From Parcubacteria group bacterium (GTDB lineage Bacteria > Patescibacteriota > Minisyncoccia > Phycocordibacterales > Phycocordibacteraceae), in assembly GCA_028286825.1 (NCBI GenBank), contig JAQBQV010000002.1, forward strand, positions 66,157 to 130,156: a DNA stretch of 64,000 nt, written 5' to 3'. The notes under the pieces were generated by a model. That model made no database searches and had not been told where the DNA came from. It was given only the letters and a program-made list of their open reading frames with translations. The position numbers and the translations under genes are program-made. This document shows positions 35,430-44,170 of the stretch, piece by piece; positions within the stretch are counted from its first letter, which is position 1; each line of letters begins with the position of its first letter.

Positions 35430-35501
35430 GCCCTTGTAGTTCAATGGATAGAACGGCTCACTCCTAACGAGCTGATTCAGGTTCGACTCCTGACAAGGGC
35501 A
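35430..35501 (+). tRNA. tRNA-Arg (anticodon CCU)
   Basis: 72 nt. Acceptor GCCCTTG/CAAGGGC, anticodon loop CTCCTAA, T arm TCAGG-TTCGACT-CCTGA. One A31-C39 mismatch. Confidence 0.85.
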
Positions 35502-35524
35502 CTGTTTTGATATACTAAACATAC

Positions 35525-35809
35525 ATGGATCCAGAGCTTAAAAAATTGCTTGAAGAGAATTTAGTGCTTGCTAAGGACAATAACCGGATGCTTCATAACA
35601 TCCGGCGTAACCAAGTGCTGAGTACAGTCTGGACGGTCCTCGTTTGGGTCGTAGCACTCGCAATCCCTGTCTATCTCTATCAGCATTTTGTACAACCGGT
35701 TGTCCATAACTTCTTCTCTCCTACGGCTACCTCGACGCCGAGCGTCTTCGTATTCCCAGCTTCCGCTGAGGTGCAAAAACTGATAAACTCGTATAAAGTT
35801 CAGAAGTAG
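35525..35809 (+). CDS. hypothetical single-pass membrane protein (94 aa)
   Basis: TM helix VLSTVWTVLVWVVALAIPVYLY. TATACT lies 8 nt upstream of the ATG. Confidence 0.5.
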   Translation: MDPELKKLLEENLVLAKDNNRMLHNIRRNQVLSTVWTVLVWVVALAIPVYLYQHFVQPVVHNFFSPTATSTPSVFVFPASAEVQKLINSYKVQK

Positions 35810-35811
35810 AA

Positions 35812-35884
35812 GCTTGGATAGCTCAGTTGGTAGAGCATTCCCCTGAAGAGGGAAGGGTCCCCAGTTCGAATCTGGGTCCAAGCA
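35812..35884 (+). tRNA. tRNA-Phe (anticodon GAA)
   Basis: 73 nt. Acceptor GCTTGGA/TCCAAGC, anticodon stem TTCCC/GGGAA, loop CTGAAGA, T arm CCCAG-TTCGAAT-CTGGG. Confidence 0.92.
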
Positions 35885-35959
35885 CAAAAGATAGTAAAAT
35901 GCGCGACAGAAGATGTTTTCTAGTGAGTCGCAACTAATGCGGAAACAAACGTCGTCAAC

Positions 35960-35988
35960 TTGACAAGTATTGATTTATACAGTATCAT
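35960..35988 (+). promoter_or_regulatory. canonical sigma-70 promoter (TTGACA-17 nt-TATCAT)
   Basis: -35 at 35960-35965 and -10 at 35983-35988. Leader of about 57 nt to the SD-led ORF at 36052. Confidence 0.6.
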
Positions 35989-36051
35989 GTATCACACTGC
36001 GTTCGATCAATATCTGGTCGAAAGGCGGTTAGTACATTACAGGAGATCAAG

Positions 36052-36393
36052 ATGAATCGTTTCCCCTTAGCTGTTCGCATTGTGATGTTCGTCACCTGCT
36101 TTATCGCGCTGTACTTGGCCGTTTGGGCGTTCGTCGAGCCATCGCAGTTCGTGAACACCGAGCTGATTCTTTTGACGTTGGGCGCCGCCGCTGTGCTTAG
36201 CGGCTCCTGTGCGTTCTGGCCAACGGAGCGCCAAAAGGAAAAAGGGCTTCATTTCAAGATCGTCTTCCTCTCTGCCGCCGTATTCCTTTACGGGGCTGCG
36301 GGGCTTGTTGGGCCGACATACTTGGCGTACGCAGCGATCTTGCTGAGCATCGCCGTCGTTGTCACGCCGCGACACCATTTCGCGCCGAACTGA
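36052..36393 (+). CDS. hypothetical membrane protein (113 aa)
   Basis: SD AGGAGA 6 nt upstream, four TM helices, terminator downstream. Confidence 0.55.
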   Translation: MNRFPLAVRIVMFVTCFIALYLAVWAFVEPSQFVNTELILLTLGAAAVLSGSCAFWPTERQKEKGLHFKIVFLSAAVFLYGAAGLVGPTYLAYAAILLSIAVVVTPRHHFAPN

Positions 36394-36415
36394 CATAACG
36401 CGGCAAATTAGCACA

Positions 36416-36439
36416 AACGCCCCCAATTTTGGGGGCGTT
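36416..36439. terminator. bidirectional rho-independent terminator
   Basis: AACGCCCCC-aatttt-GGGGGCGTT between convergent 36052..36393 and hsp20. Confidence 0.75.
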
Positions 36440-36459
36440 CATTTACATAACGATAAATC

Positions 36460-36969
36460 TTATCCTGCCTTCACTCGCAATTTTGTCTGCTTCGCCTTAT
36501 CAAGTCGTGGGAGAACGATAGTCAGAAGACCATCTTTAGCGCTTGCTGAAGAGGCCTCGACATCAATTTCTTGGGGGAGGAGAATTTTACGCGCAAACGA
36601 ACCCCAGAAAAGTTCACGAGTGAAGTAGTCAGCTGCCGCAACCTGCTCACGCTCGGCCCTTGCGCCTCCTATTTCGACCATGTCGCGGCTAATGGAAATG
36701 CTGAGTTCGTCCGGACGCACTCCTGCCACAAAGGCTCGAATCACAATGTCAGTCTGAGTCTGGTGCACGTCTACTGGGAGTTGGCCTTCGCCACCCGCAG
36801 CGGAGTCATCATCAGTGATCGGAGTTCGGCTTGAAGGAGTGATCATCCGCAGTGGATTATCTTTACGAGAAATAGACGCTGCGGGAAGTTCATCATCAAA
36901 AGAATCGAAGCCGTCATTATTTGACGAGCTGCCAGACAATCGATCGAAGAACGAAGACTTCATATTCAT
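36460..36969 (-). CDS. Hsp20/alpha-crystallin family small heat-shock protein
   Basis: ACD core LPVDVHQTQTDIVIRAFVAGV...FWGSFARKILLPQEIDVE...AKDGLLTIVLPR. Confidence 0.85.
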   Translation of the reverse strand: MNMKSSFFDRLSGSSSNNDGFDSFDDELPAASISRKDNPLRMITPSSRTPITDDDSAAGGEGQLPVDVHQTQTDIVIRAFVAGVRPDELSISISRDMVEIGGARAEREQVAAADYFTRELFWGSFARKILLPQEIDVEASSASAKDGLLTIVLPRLDKAKQTKLRVKAG

Positions 36970-36978
36970 AGATAGTAA

Positions 36979-37680
36979 TTAGTTCAAAGTTGGGCTTGGG
37001 CGAGACTGAAAATATTTTAATACTTCAAAGGTGGCGAAAAATATTACGGCAACCAGCCAGACGAGGAAGAATGCGATGAGGGTTGTCGAAGCGCCTTCTG
37101 TAATAATAAGCGCGTTGAAGGCAGTATGCAACGCGATGGCGAGGATAAGTCCGAATGCTGATGCTAAAAAACGTGTTGCAGGCCGTGACCCTGCTGAGAA
37201 TGCGAGCGAGAAACCGATAGCAGCTGAGGCAATAACGTGAAGTAAGGTTGAGCCAAGGAAGCGAACATTCCCTGTGAACACGCTTGTAGCGAAGTGGCCA
37301 TCGATGAGTGGCGCAAGGAGGAAGAGCATATTCTCCGCTGCAGCAAACCCGAGTGCGACTGTAAACATATAGATCACGTAGTCAGGCGCCTCGTCAACGG
37401 CTCCTCTCCAGAGGATAAAGGTGGCGGCCATTGCATACTTAAGCACTTCCTCAACGAGCGCCCAGAAGGTTAGTATTGAAAACGAGTCAGTGAGGTGCGA
37501 CTTTGCGTATTGCTCGAAGGGAAGCGCTAGGGGCACAGCGATCATTCCCGCGACAAAGGCGAGCGCAATAAGCCGCTTAGGCTCAGGGTGAGTTGCGTCT
37601 TCTTTGAGCAGAAAGTAGAGCCAAATGCCTGAAGGCAGAAGACCGCCGAGAAATGCGTACCCGAGAAGCGTGAGGTTCAC
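36979..37680 (-). CDS. PrsW family intramembrane metalloprotease
   Basis: Polytopic. EEVLKY, AAAENMLF and HVIASAAIG motifs typical of PrsW. Confidence 0.8.
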   Translation of the reverse strand: MNLTLLGYAFLGGLLPSGIWLYFLLKEDATHPEPKRLIALAFVAGMIAVPLALPFEQYAKSHLTDSFSILTFWALVEEVLKYAMAATFILWRGAVDEAPDYVIYMFTVALGFAAAENMLFLLAPLIDGHFATSVFTGNVRFLGSTLLHVIASAAIGFSLAFSAGSRPATRFLASAFGLILAIALHTAFNALIITEGASTTLIAFFLVWLVAVIFFATFEVLKYFQSRPSPTLN

Positions 37681-37714
37681 TCTGTAATTATAGCAGCCTG
37701 TCCTATGGAGAGCT

Positions 37715-39892
37715 TTAGTGGAGTAGGGGCCACTTAGCGACCATCAGGAACTTAGCGTCTTTTGTCGGCATCGACTGCCATATCTCTTCAGTCACAAAAG
37801 GCATGAACGGGTGCAGCATTCGAAGCGAATTATCGAGGAGATAGATTAAGAGCGTCTTCTTTGAGTTCTTTGCTTCCGCGCTTGCGTCTGATGGCGTGCG
37901 TACGGTACCAAGTATGGCCTTCGACTCTTCGAGGATAACGTCAGCAAGTTGGTGCCATACATAGTGGTACAGTTTCTCGGCCGCAAGGTATACGCGGTAC
38001 GCCTCCATATCGGCAGTAACGTCAGCAATGATGATTTCGTATTCAGTTTTTCGTGCGGCATCTTCTGAGTTCAATTCAGTTTGACTTGAACGGTCGAAGT
38101 TCTCCGTATTCTCAAGCACGAAGCGCGCAATGTTCCAGAGTTTATTGGCAAAGTGTTTATAGCCCTTAATCTTATCTTCGCTAATGCGCGAGTCTGTGCC
38201 GGGCGCATTACCAACAATAAGCGCCATGCGGGCAGCGTCCGCACCAAATCTTGAAGTGATCTCGAGGGGGTCGAGATTATTCCCAAGAGATTTACTCATT
38301 TTACGACCCTGAGCATCCCGCACGATCCCATGCAGATAGACGGTTTTAAATGGAATCGTGTTAAGAGCAAACTCACTCATGAGAATCATTCGAGCAACCC
38401 AAAAAAAGAGAATATCAGGACCTGTTTCAAGTACATCAGTCGGATGGTAGGTTCTTAAGTCCTCAGTAGCTTCAGGCCAACCGAGCGTTGAAAAAGTCCA
38501 CAATCCTGATGAGAACCAAGTATCAAGCGTGTCTTCGTCTTGTATCCACCCCTCTTCAGCAGGAGGCGTTCCGACAATAATGGCCTCACCTTTGTACCAG
38601 ACTGGTATACGATGTCCGTACCATATCTGCCGACTGATGCACCAATCTCGTAAATTTTCTATCCAGTGGAAATATGTCTTCTCGTAATGGGTGGGAATAA
38701 TCTGTATTGCACCCGACTGTACGGGTTCGAGCATGAGTTCCTTTAGGGATTTGCCGCGACCAGGAATTTCTCGGGTCACATCGATAAACCATTGTAGTTT
38801 GGGTAGCGGTTCTATAACCCCTCCCGTTCGTTCAGCTGTTGAGACGTTTTGGGTTATATCCTCCTCTTTTTCCAATAGACCCTCGCTCTTCAGCCATTCG
38901 ACTACCGTATCTCGTGCGTCCAAGACCTTTTTACCTTCGAGGCGGCCGTTAACAGTCATTTTCGCAAATTCATTAATTACGATTATTTCTTGAGACAGTT
39001 CATGACGACTGGCGATATCCCAGTCAACATGACTGTGAGCAGGAGTTACTCCTATTGCGCCCGTACCAAACGCAGGGTCTACTTCTTTGTCAGAGACTAC
39101 TTTAATATGGATCGGTACGTCACAAAAAATGGCGTCGTATTCCTTACCAATAAACGCGGTATACCGAGCGTCATCGGGATGCACGGCGACAGCAACATCG
39201 CCAACCTTTGTCTCTGGGCGCGTGGTTGCAACGGGGATAGGGAAATCTTTGCTGTAGCGAAAGGTATACAGCTTCGCAGCACGCTCTTCATAGACAATTT
39301 CATCATCGGAGATTGTCGTTTGGCCTTTTGGGTCCCAGTTAACGATCCGTAGTCCGCGGTAAATAAGTCCGGCATCATACATGAGTTTGAAGATGGTGCG
39401 AACAGCTCGGGTACGAGTTTCGTCTAACGTGAACGCTTCGCGCGTCCAGTCGAGCGATGCCCCCATAGTCTTTACCTGTTTAACAATAGTATCGTGACTT
39501 TCGTTCGCAAATTTCTCAATTCGTTTCAATAGCTGCTCACGGCCAAGATCATGCCGACTGAGGTTCTCATCCTTTTTAATTTGTTTTTCAACAACGGACT
39601 GTGTTGCGATTGCTGCGTGGTCAGTCCCCGGGATCCAAAGCGTACGAAAGCCTCGCATCCGCTTATAGCGGATAAACGTATCTTGAATTGCCAACATAAG
39701 TGCATGGCCCATATGGAGCCTTCCGGTCACATTAGGCGGAGGAAGCACAATCGAATAGGCTGGCGCATCAGCGGAAGTTATTCCTTGTTTGGCCGACTCG
39801 TCAGGGTTAAAGAGACCGCTCTGTTCCCACTCTTCGTAGATGCGAGATTCAGTAGCAGAGGGGTCGTACGGCTGGAGAAACTTCTCAGGCAT
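37715..39892 (-). CDS. valS: valine--tRNA ligase (short form, 725 aa)
   Basis: PPPNVTGRLHMGHAL (HIGH), TTRPETKVGD (editing domain), KMSKSLGN. No long C-terminal coiled coil. Confidence 0.92.
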   Translation of the reverse strand: MPEKFLQPYDPSATESRIYEEWEQSGLFNPDESAKQGITSADAPAYSIVLPPPNVTGRLHMGHALMLAIQDTFIRYKRMRGFRTLWIPGTDHAAIATQSVVEKQIKKDENLSRHDLGREQLLKRIEKFANESHDTIVKQVKTMGASLDWTREAFTLDETRTRAVRTIFKLMYDAGLIYRGLRIVNWDPKGQTTISDDEIVYEERAAKLYTFRYSKDFPIPVATTRPETKVGDVAVAVHPDDARYTAFIGKEYDAIFCDVPIHIKVVSDKEVDPAFGTGAIGVTPAHSHVDWDIASRHELSQEIIVINEFAKMTVNGRLEGKKVLDARDTVVEWLKSEGLLEKEEDITQNVSTAERTGGVIEPLPKLQWFIDVTREIPGRGKSLKELMLEPVQSGAIQIIPTHYEKTYFHWIENLRDWCISRQIWYGHRIPVWYKGEAIIVGTPPAEEGWIQDEDTLDTWFSSGLWTFSTLGWPEATEDLRTYHPTDVLETGPDILFFWVARMILMSEFALNTIPFKTVYLHGIVRDAQGRKMSKSLGNNLDPLEITSRFGADAARMALIVGNAPGTDSRISEDKIKGYKHFANKLWNIARFVLENTENFDRSSQTELNSEDAARKTEYEIIIADVTADMEAYRVYLAAEKLYHYVWHQLADVILEESKAILGTVRTPSDASAEAKNSKKTLLIYLLDNSLRMLHPFMPFVTEEIWQSMPTKDAKFLMVAKWPLLH

Positions 39893-39994
39893 TAATCCAA
39901 ACTATACCATCACTTGAATGATTAGACGAATTGGGCCATAGTGATGTTCGGTAGTGTGTTTCGCCACGGTTCGTGGCAATGTGTGGAGAGTTCA

Positions 39995-40204
39995 ATGTAT
40001 AAAACAAGTGCTGACGACATTAAACATATCGAAGACGTGGTGCGAGGCGCTCAAGACGAAAAAGAAATAAGGAGAAGAATCGCGCACGCGTTTCCTCTCA
40101 GTAGAGTAGGGCCCGTCAAACAACAGCCCTCGGGATGGGCACTGCTTATGTACCCAGTGTATCCTTTGGGGGAAGAGATCGAAATTCGTTGGAATGATTC
40201 GTAA
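39995..40204 (+). CDS. hypothetical protein (69 aa)
   Basis: ATG preceded by GGAGAG (5-nt spacing). ORF track GTG start at 39941. No family recognised. Confidence 0.4.
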   Translation: MYKTSADDIKHIEDVVRGAQDEKEIRRRIAHAFPLSRVGPVKQQPSGWALLMYPVYPLGEEIEIRWNDS

Positions 40205-40236
40205 TTCCGGTCGTGGCGGCAGACGCGAGTCTGTCG

Positions 40237-41418
40237 CTACTTATTATCAGCAAGTGCTAGATTGCCGTTCGCACTAATGCTTATCGTAAATTCTTCACGG
40301 GTTGCACGATAGAAGCCGGCGATTGCAATCATAATGGCGTTATCGGTCGTGAGCGCTGCTGTTGGAATACGCAGATCAACGTGTGCAAAATTGCTACTCA
40401 TTTTATCTGTGAAGACTCGGCGTATGTGCGTATTGGCCGAAACACCTCCACCAATAACTAGTGTTCGTGCGTCCGTATTTTCGATTGCCATTGCCGTCTT
40501 CTTCCAGAGCACATCCGCGACTGCGTCTTCAAATTCGTGGGCCATGTGCTTCTTTTCCTGATCATTCAAATCACTTCGATTTTTGAGTACGTAGAGCACC
40601 GATGTCTTCAGTCCAGCAAATGAGAAGTCGCATGTATTTGAATCGATCATAGGGCGTGGGAGCGTGAACGGGTTTTCGCCATTTTGTTCTTCACGCGCAC
40701 GTTCTGCCAGTCTCGAAATTTCTGGGCCGCCTGGGTAGGGGAGTGCTAACATACGCGCGACTTTATCGAAGGCTTCACCGACCGCATCGTCTCGCGTTTG
40801 ACCAATGAGCTCATATTCGAGCCATTCTTTCATTACAACGAGCTCAGTATGACCGCCTGAGATAAGGAGAGCCAGCACAGGCATCTCTACGTTTTTGATC
40901 TCAAGATTTTGACCAGCGGCCTTAGCGAGGGCTGCTACGATGTGTCCCTCCATGTGGTTTACGGCCACGATTGGTTTATCCCAGACAGCGCTCAGCGCGC
41001 GAGCGAAATTAATACCGACCCAAAGCGCTGGCTCAAGGCCCGGGCCCGCGGTAACCGCGATCGCATCGATCTCTGGCGGCTCGCACTCAGATATAAATTC
41101 AAAAAAGGCTTCGGCGAGCCCGGGCTCCCGGGCTAAAATCTCACTAACTATATTGTGTGTCTCATTACTCATTATCTGTGCGTCTTCATGGAGGAGTTCA
41201 GCCTCCTCAAGCGCAGCCTCTAAAACCGGCACAAGGTTTTTCGCATGCTCGCGTTTAGCCAGAGCAGGGAAGACGCCGCCATAGGGCTTATGGACCTCAA
41301 TTTGGGTAAGGAGCGCATTGCCGAGAATTGTAAATTCGGCGGCGTGCACATCACCGGTACATTCGAGAATGGCGACCGCAGTTTCGTCGCAGGACGTTTC
41401 AATGGCGAGGATTCTCAT
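40237..41418 (-). CDS. tsaD: tRNA N6-adenosine threonylcarbamoyltransferase TsaD
   Basis: ILAIETSCDETAVA, HMEGHI metal site, ISGGHTELV, GGVSANTHIR. Confidence 0.92.
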   Translation of the reverse strand: MRILAIETSCDETAVAILECTGDVHAAEFTILGNALLTQIEVHKPYGGVFPALAKREHAKNLVPVLEAALEEAELLHEDAQIMSNETHNIVSEILAREPGLAEAFFEFISECEPPEIDAIAVTAGPGLEPALWVGINFARALSAVWDKPIVAVNHMEGHIVAALAKAAGQNLEIKNVEMPVLALLISGGHTELVVMKEWLEYELIGQTRDDAVGEAFDKVARMLALPYPGGPEISRLAERAREEQNGENPFTLPRPMIDSNTCDFSFAGLKTSVLYVLKNRSDLNDQEKKHMAHEFEDAVADVLWKKTAMAIENTDARTLVIGGGVSANTHIRRVFTDKMSSNFAHVDLRIPTAALTTDNAIMIAIAGFYRATREEFTISISANGNLALADNK

Positions 41419-41427
41419 GATGTGTAG

Positions 41428-41434
41428 TAGTATA
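41428..41434. promoter_or_regulatory. overlapping face-to-face -10 boxes for divergent tsaD and orn
   Basis: The 22-nt intergenic region is gatgtgTAGTATAacgtgt. TAGTAT on plus lies 7 nt from the orn ATG; TATACT on minus lies 10 nt from the tsaD ATG. Confidence 0.4.
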
Positions 41435-41440
41435 ACGTGT

Positions 41441-42028
41441 ATGCAGCGAAATGACCTCCTCGTCTGGGTTGATCTTGAAATGACCTCGATTGAGGACGTA
41501 CTGGTGGATCAAATCACCGAAATCGCAGTCGTCCTTACCGATAAAGATTTGAATGTGGTTGCTGAAGGTCCCGATATTATTATCCACGCCGATCGGGATC
41601 TCATTGAAGCAAGGCGATGGGCGCCCGAAGGGCAGTTTCCCGAGTCAGATCAGCTCAAAGAACTTTCAGCTCTAAGTACTGTCAGTACGCGCGAAGCAGA
41701 AGAAGAGGTTCTCGCTTTTATACAGAAACACGTTGCGCCGAACTCCTCGCCGCTCTGCGGTAACTCGATTCATGCAGATCGACATTTTCTGAAGATCCAC
41801 ATGCCTCAATTCGAGAAACATCTTTTCTACCGCTGCATCGATGTTTCAACTCTTAAAGAGCTTGCTCGGCGCTGGGCGCCAGAAGTCTATATTGAAGCAG
41901 AGCGCCGCAAAGAGCATAAGTCACACCGCGCGAAGGCAGATATTATCCAATCAATCGAGGAGTTGCAGTTTTATCGAGAACACTTCTTTAATTCTCAGGA
42001 TTTGCTTGGAGAGCAATCCAAGGGATAG
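41441..42028 (+). CDS. orn: oligoribonuclease Orn (DEDDh 3'-5' exonuclease)
   Basis: LVWVDLEMT (Exo I), GNSIHADRHFL (Exo II), HRAKADI (Exo III). ORF track start 41318 overlaps tsaD. Confidence 0.88.
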   Translation: MQRNDLLVWVDLEMTSIEDVLVDQITEIAVVLTDKDLNVVAEGPDIIIHADRDLIEARRWAPEGQFPESDQLKELSALSTVSTREAEEEVLAFIQKHVAPNSSPLCGNSIHADRHFLKIHMPQFEKHLFYRCIDVSTLKELARRWAPEVYIEAERRKEHKSHRAKADIIQSIEELQFYREHFFNSQDLLGEQSKG

Positions 42029-42848
42029 GAGCGCCCCAGGGAAGCGAGAAAGCTGCAGAGCCCGGGTGGCCGCCTCCACCATGGCGCTGTGCAAGCTCGG
42101 CCGCATTTACAGAGCCGTCGCTACGAATGGATACACGAAGGCCACTTGCGCCGGCACGTACCACGAGCGAGATCGGCGGACGTTGCTTAACCAGTTCCGC
42201 GCCTAGGTCGGTGATAAACATCCGCACCCCGTTAACAATGTGGCAGGTGTAGCCTTCAAACTCGACAAGTTCGGCACCATTCGCTAACTGCTTCGATAAG
42301 AGCTTGAAGTACTCCTGATAGACAGTGCCGCGCTCGATCATCCTCGCTCGCTCAACAGGATCGTCTGTATTGCGAACATGAGCGTCCCATATATCAAAAT
42401 GCCACACCTGCGCATATGCGTATCGCATGAGCGCCCGCTCCTCTTCAGGGATCATACGAAAAAGATCGACGTCTTCGACGTATTTGAGAAAAGTTGGAAG
42501 TGGGGTAGTCGGATGAAAATAACCCCATGCTATTGAAGCGCCCGAACGGCTCGTGTCGTACACATGGTTCGGCATAGACTCGACAACTGCCTGAATACCT
42601 TCATGGTGATCGAGTACCGTAAGCGACTTGGCCATTTTCAGTAGCTCATTCATCTGCACCTGGTCATAGCAGAAGTCGATCATATAGATTTCTTTCCCCT
42701 CAAGATTTTGAGTGAGCGGCTGCTGGTATCGAACCGGGATATAATCAGCAGCGTCTCCGTACTTCTTCCATGCGGCATAAGCGCTACCAAAGCCATCAGG
42801 ACACCCGCCGTGGTAGAGAATGACTATATCTTTGTGCGCAGCGGGCAT
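41988..42848 (-). CDS. DHH/DHHA1 family phosphoesterase (NrnA/NrnB-like)
   Basis: N-terminal ILYHGGCPDG, DHH-like LDHHEG, DHHA1 motif GGGGHPGSAAF. The 3' end overlaps the orn 3' end by 41 nt. Confidence 0.75.
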   Translation of the reverse strand: MPAAHKDIVILYHGGCPDGFGSAYAAWKKYGDAADYIPVRYQQPLTQNLEGKEIYMIDFCYDQVQMNELLKMAKSLTVLDHHEGIQAVVESMPNHVYDTSRSGASIAWGYFHPTTPLPTFLKYVEDVDLFRMIPEEERALMRYAYAQVWHFDIWDAHVRNTDDPVERARMIERGTVYQEYFKLLSKQLANGAELVEFEGYTCHIVNGVRMFITDLGAELVKQRPPISLVVRAGASGLRVSIRSDGSVNAAELAQRHGGGGHPGSAAFSLPWGAPIPWIALQANPEN

Positions 42849-42907
42849 AACCTCAATATTCTACTCGCTCTAGCCCAAAACGCACGCGGTGGATAGGCAG
42901 TGGATAA

Positions 42908-43693
42908 CTACCCAAGCTGCTCGGGATGTTTCTTAGACCATTCGTAGAAAACAACAGCAGCAGAAACAGCTGCATTTAGCGACTCAGTGCGCGAATGCAT
43001 AGGAATCGAGAGTACCACATCGCACGAAGAAAGGGTTTTCTCGCGAATGCCCGCACCCTCATTGCCGATCACAAAAGCTGCAGGCGCTTCAAACGTATCG
43101 CCGCCAAGTTTTGCAGTACCGTCCATTGCAAGTCCGTAGATCCAAAAACCCCTCTTCTTAAGCGCGGCGAGTGTTGTATTCACGTTACCGATCGAAACGA
43201 GCGGGATACGGAAGGTCATTCCCGCAGAACTCTTCACCACGGCGCCTGTGATTGGTGCCTGATTATGTTCAGGAATAAGAACGGCAGAGAGTCCGAAGCC
43301 CGCTGCAGAGCGAATGATCGCCCCAACGTTATGTGGGTCCTGCACTTCGCCAAGCACGGCAACCGCAGGATTCTTCGAGAGATCAAGCGTTTCGAGGAAT
43401 TGATCAAAGGTAATGACGAGGCGCGAAGGGTCCATTACGGCGATGACGCCTTGGTGTGCGGTGTCTTTACCGACATACGTTTTGCCCGAATTTTTTGCAA
43501 GTTCTAAAACAGGAATGGAATGCTGCTCAAGGAGCGAACGAAGTTCCCCGTCCTTCATATCGGGAGCCAAATAGGCCTTTCGTATAATACGAGGGTGGCT
43601 TACAAGCGCCTCCATAAGGGCGTGCTTGCCGTAGATATAGATCTTATCTTGGACCGGAGCCTTAGGCTGGCGGCGTGATCGAAGGGGTCTCAT
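42908..43693 (-). CDS. rlmB: SpoU/TrmH family RNA 2'-O-methyltransferase (RlmB-like)
   Basis: N-terminal substrate-binding domain IYGKHALMEAL, SpoU motifs DPHNVGAIIRSA, VIGNEGAGI, IPMHSRTESLNAAVSAAV. ORF track GTG start 43711. Confidence 0.82.
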   Translation of the reverse strand: MRPLRSRRQPKAPVQDKIYIYGKHALMEALVSHPRIIRKAYLAPDMKDGELRSLLEQHSIPVLELAKNSGKTYVGKDTAHQGVIAVMDPSRLVITFDQFLETLDLSKNPAVAVLGEVQDPHNVGAIIRSAAGFGLSAVLIPEHNQAPITGAVVKSSAGMTFRIPLVSIGNVNTTLAALKKRGFWIYGLAMDGTAKLGGDTFEAPAAFVIGNEGAGIREKTLSSCDVVLSIPMHSRTESLNAAVSAAVVFYEWSKKHPEQLG

Positions 43694-43726
43694 TACGAAA
43701 TACTCTAGCACAAAATCAAGAATTTG

Positions 43727-43798
43727 TGACCCTACGGGGAATCGAACCCCGATTTACGCCGTGAAAGGGCGCCGTCCTAGCCGTTAGACGATAGGGCC
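43727..43798 (-). tRNA. tRNA-Glu (anticodon UUC)
   Basis: 72 nt. Acceptor GGCCCTA/TAGGGTC, anticodon stem GCGCC/GGCGT, loop CTTTCAC, T arm CGGGG-TTCGATT-CCCCG. Confidence 0.9.
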
Positions 43799-43853
43799 AT
43801 CTCTAAAACTTAGCATTTTCGCGCTGAAATGCTAGGATATTTTTAAGACGCAT

Positions 43854-43940
43854 GGAGAGGTGGCAGAGTGGTCGAATGCACTGGTTTCGAAAACCAGCAG
43901 GGGCGAAAGCTCCTCGTGGGTTCAAATCCCACCCTCTCCG
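43854..43940 (+). tRNA. tRNA-Ser (anticodon CGA)
   Basis: 87 nt. Acceptor GGAGAGG/CCTCTCC, anticodon stem CTGGT/ACCAG, loop TTCGAAA, long variable arm, T arm GTGGG-TTCAAAT-CCCAC. Confidence 0.9.
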
Positions 43941-43947
43941 CAGTTTT

Positions 43948-44077
43948 GAGCGCAGCGAAAAACTGCGAGCGAGGAGTACAGTCCGAGGGACTGTACGTGT
44001 AGGATTTGAAGACCTTGCGAGTATGATTCGTAATTTTCTGAAACGAATCATCCGCAAGGTGTACTGAAGCTGTAAGC
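43948..44077 (+). other. 130-nt four-hairpin cassette in the tRNA-Ser 3' trailer
   Basis: Hairpins at 43951-43967 (CGCAG/CTGCG), 43976-43996 (GTACAGTCC/GGACTGTAC), 44013-44059 (7+9 bp composite stem) and 44065-44081 (TGAAGCT/AGCTTCA). No terminator before 44107. Confidence 0.6.
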
Positions 44078-44104
44078 TTCAAATGCCACCCTCTCCGCAG
44101 TTTT
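44078..44104 (+). repeat. direct repeat of tRNA-Ser(CGA) 3' end plus 7 nt of flank
   Basis: TTCAAATgCCACCCTCTCCGCAGTTTT matches 43921-43947 (TTCAAATcCCACCCTCTCCGCAGTTTT) at 26/27 positions. Confidence 0.85.
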
Positions 44105-44106
44105 CA

Positions 44107-44134
44107 GCCGCCATATGGCGGCATTGTGTTTATT
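44107..44134 (+). terminator. rho-independent terminator after the tRNA-Ser cassette
   Basis: GCCGCC-atat-GGCGGC followed by ATTGTGTTTATT. Confidence 0.65.
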
Positions 44135-44152
44135 CCTCAATAATTAAAGGCG

Positions 44153-44161
44153 TGGTATATT
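44153..44161 (+). promoter_or_regulatory. extended -10 (TGGTATATT) for tRNA-Val
   Basis: Ends 9 nt upstream of tRNA-Val position 1. Confidence 0.5.
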
Positions 44162-44170
44162 CTCATCAAC

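Noticed and set aside
43803-44082. Three 71-84-aa ORFs (both strands) across tRNA-Ser(CGA) and its trailer
   Set aside because: They read straight through a tRNA gene and four hairpins, so the RNA features explain the region better.
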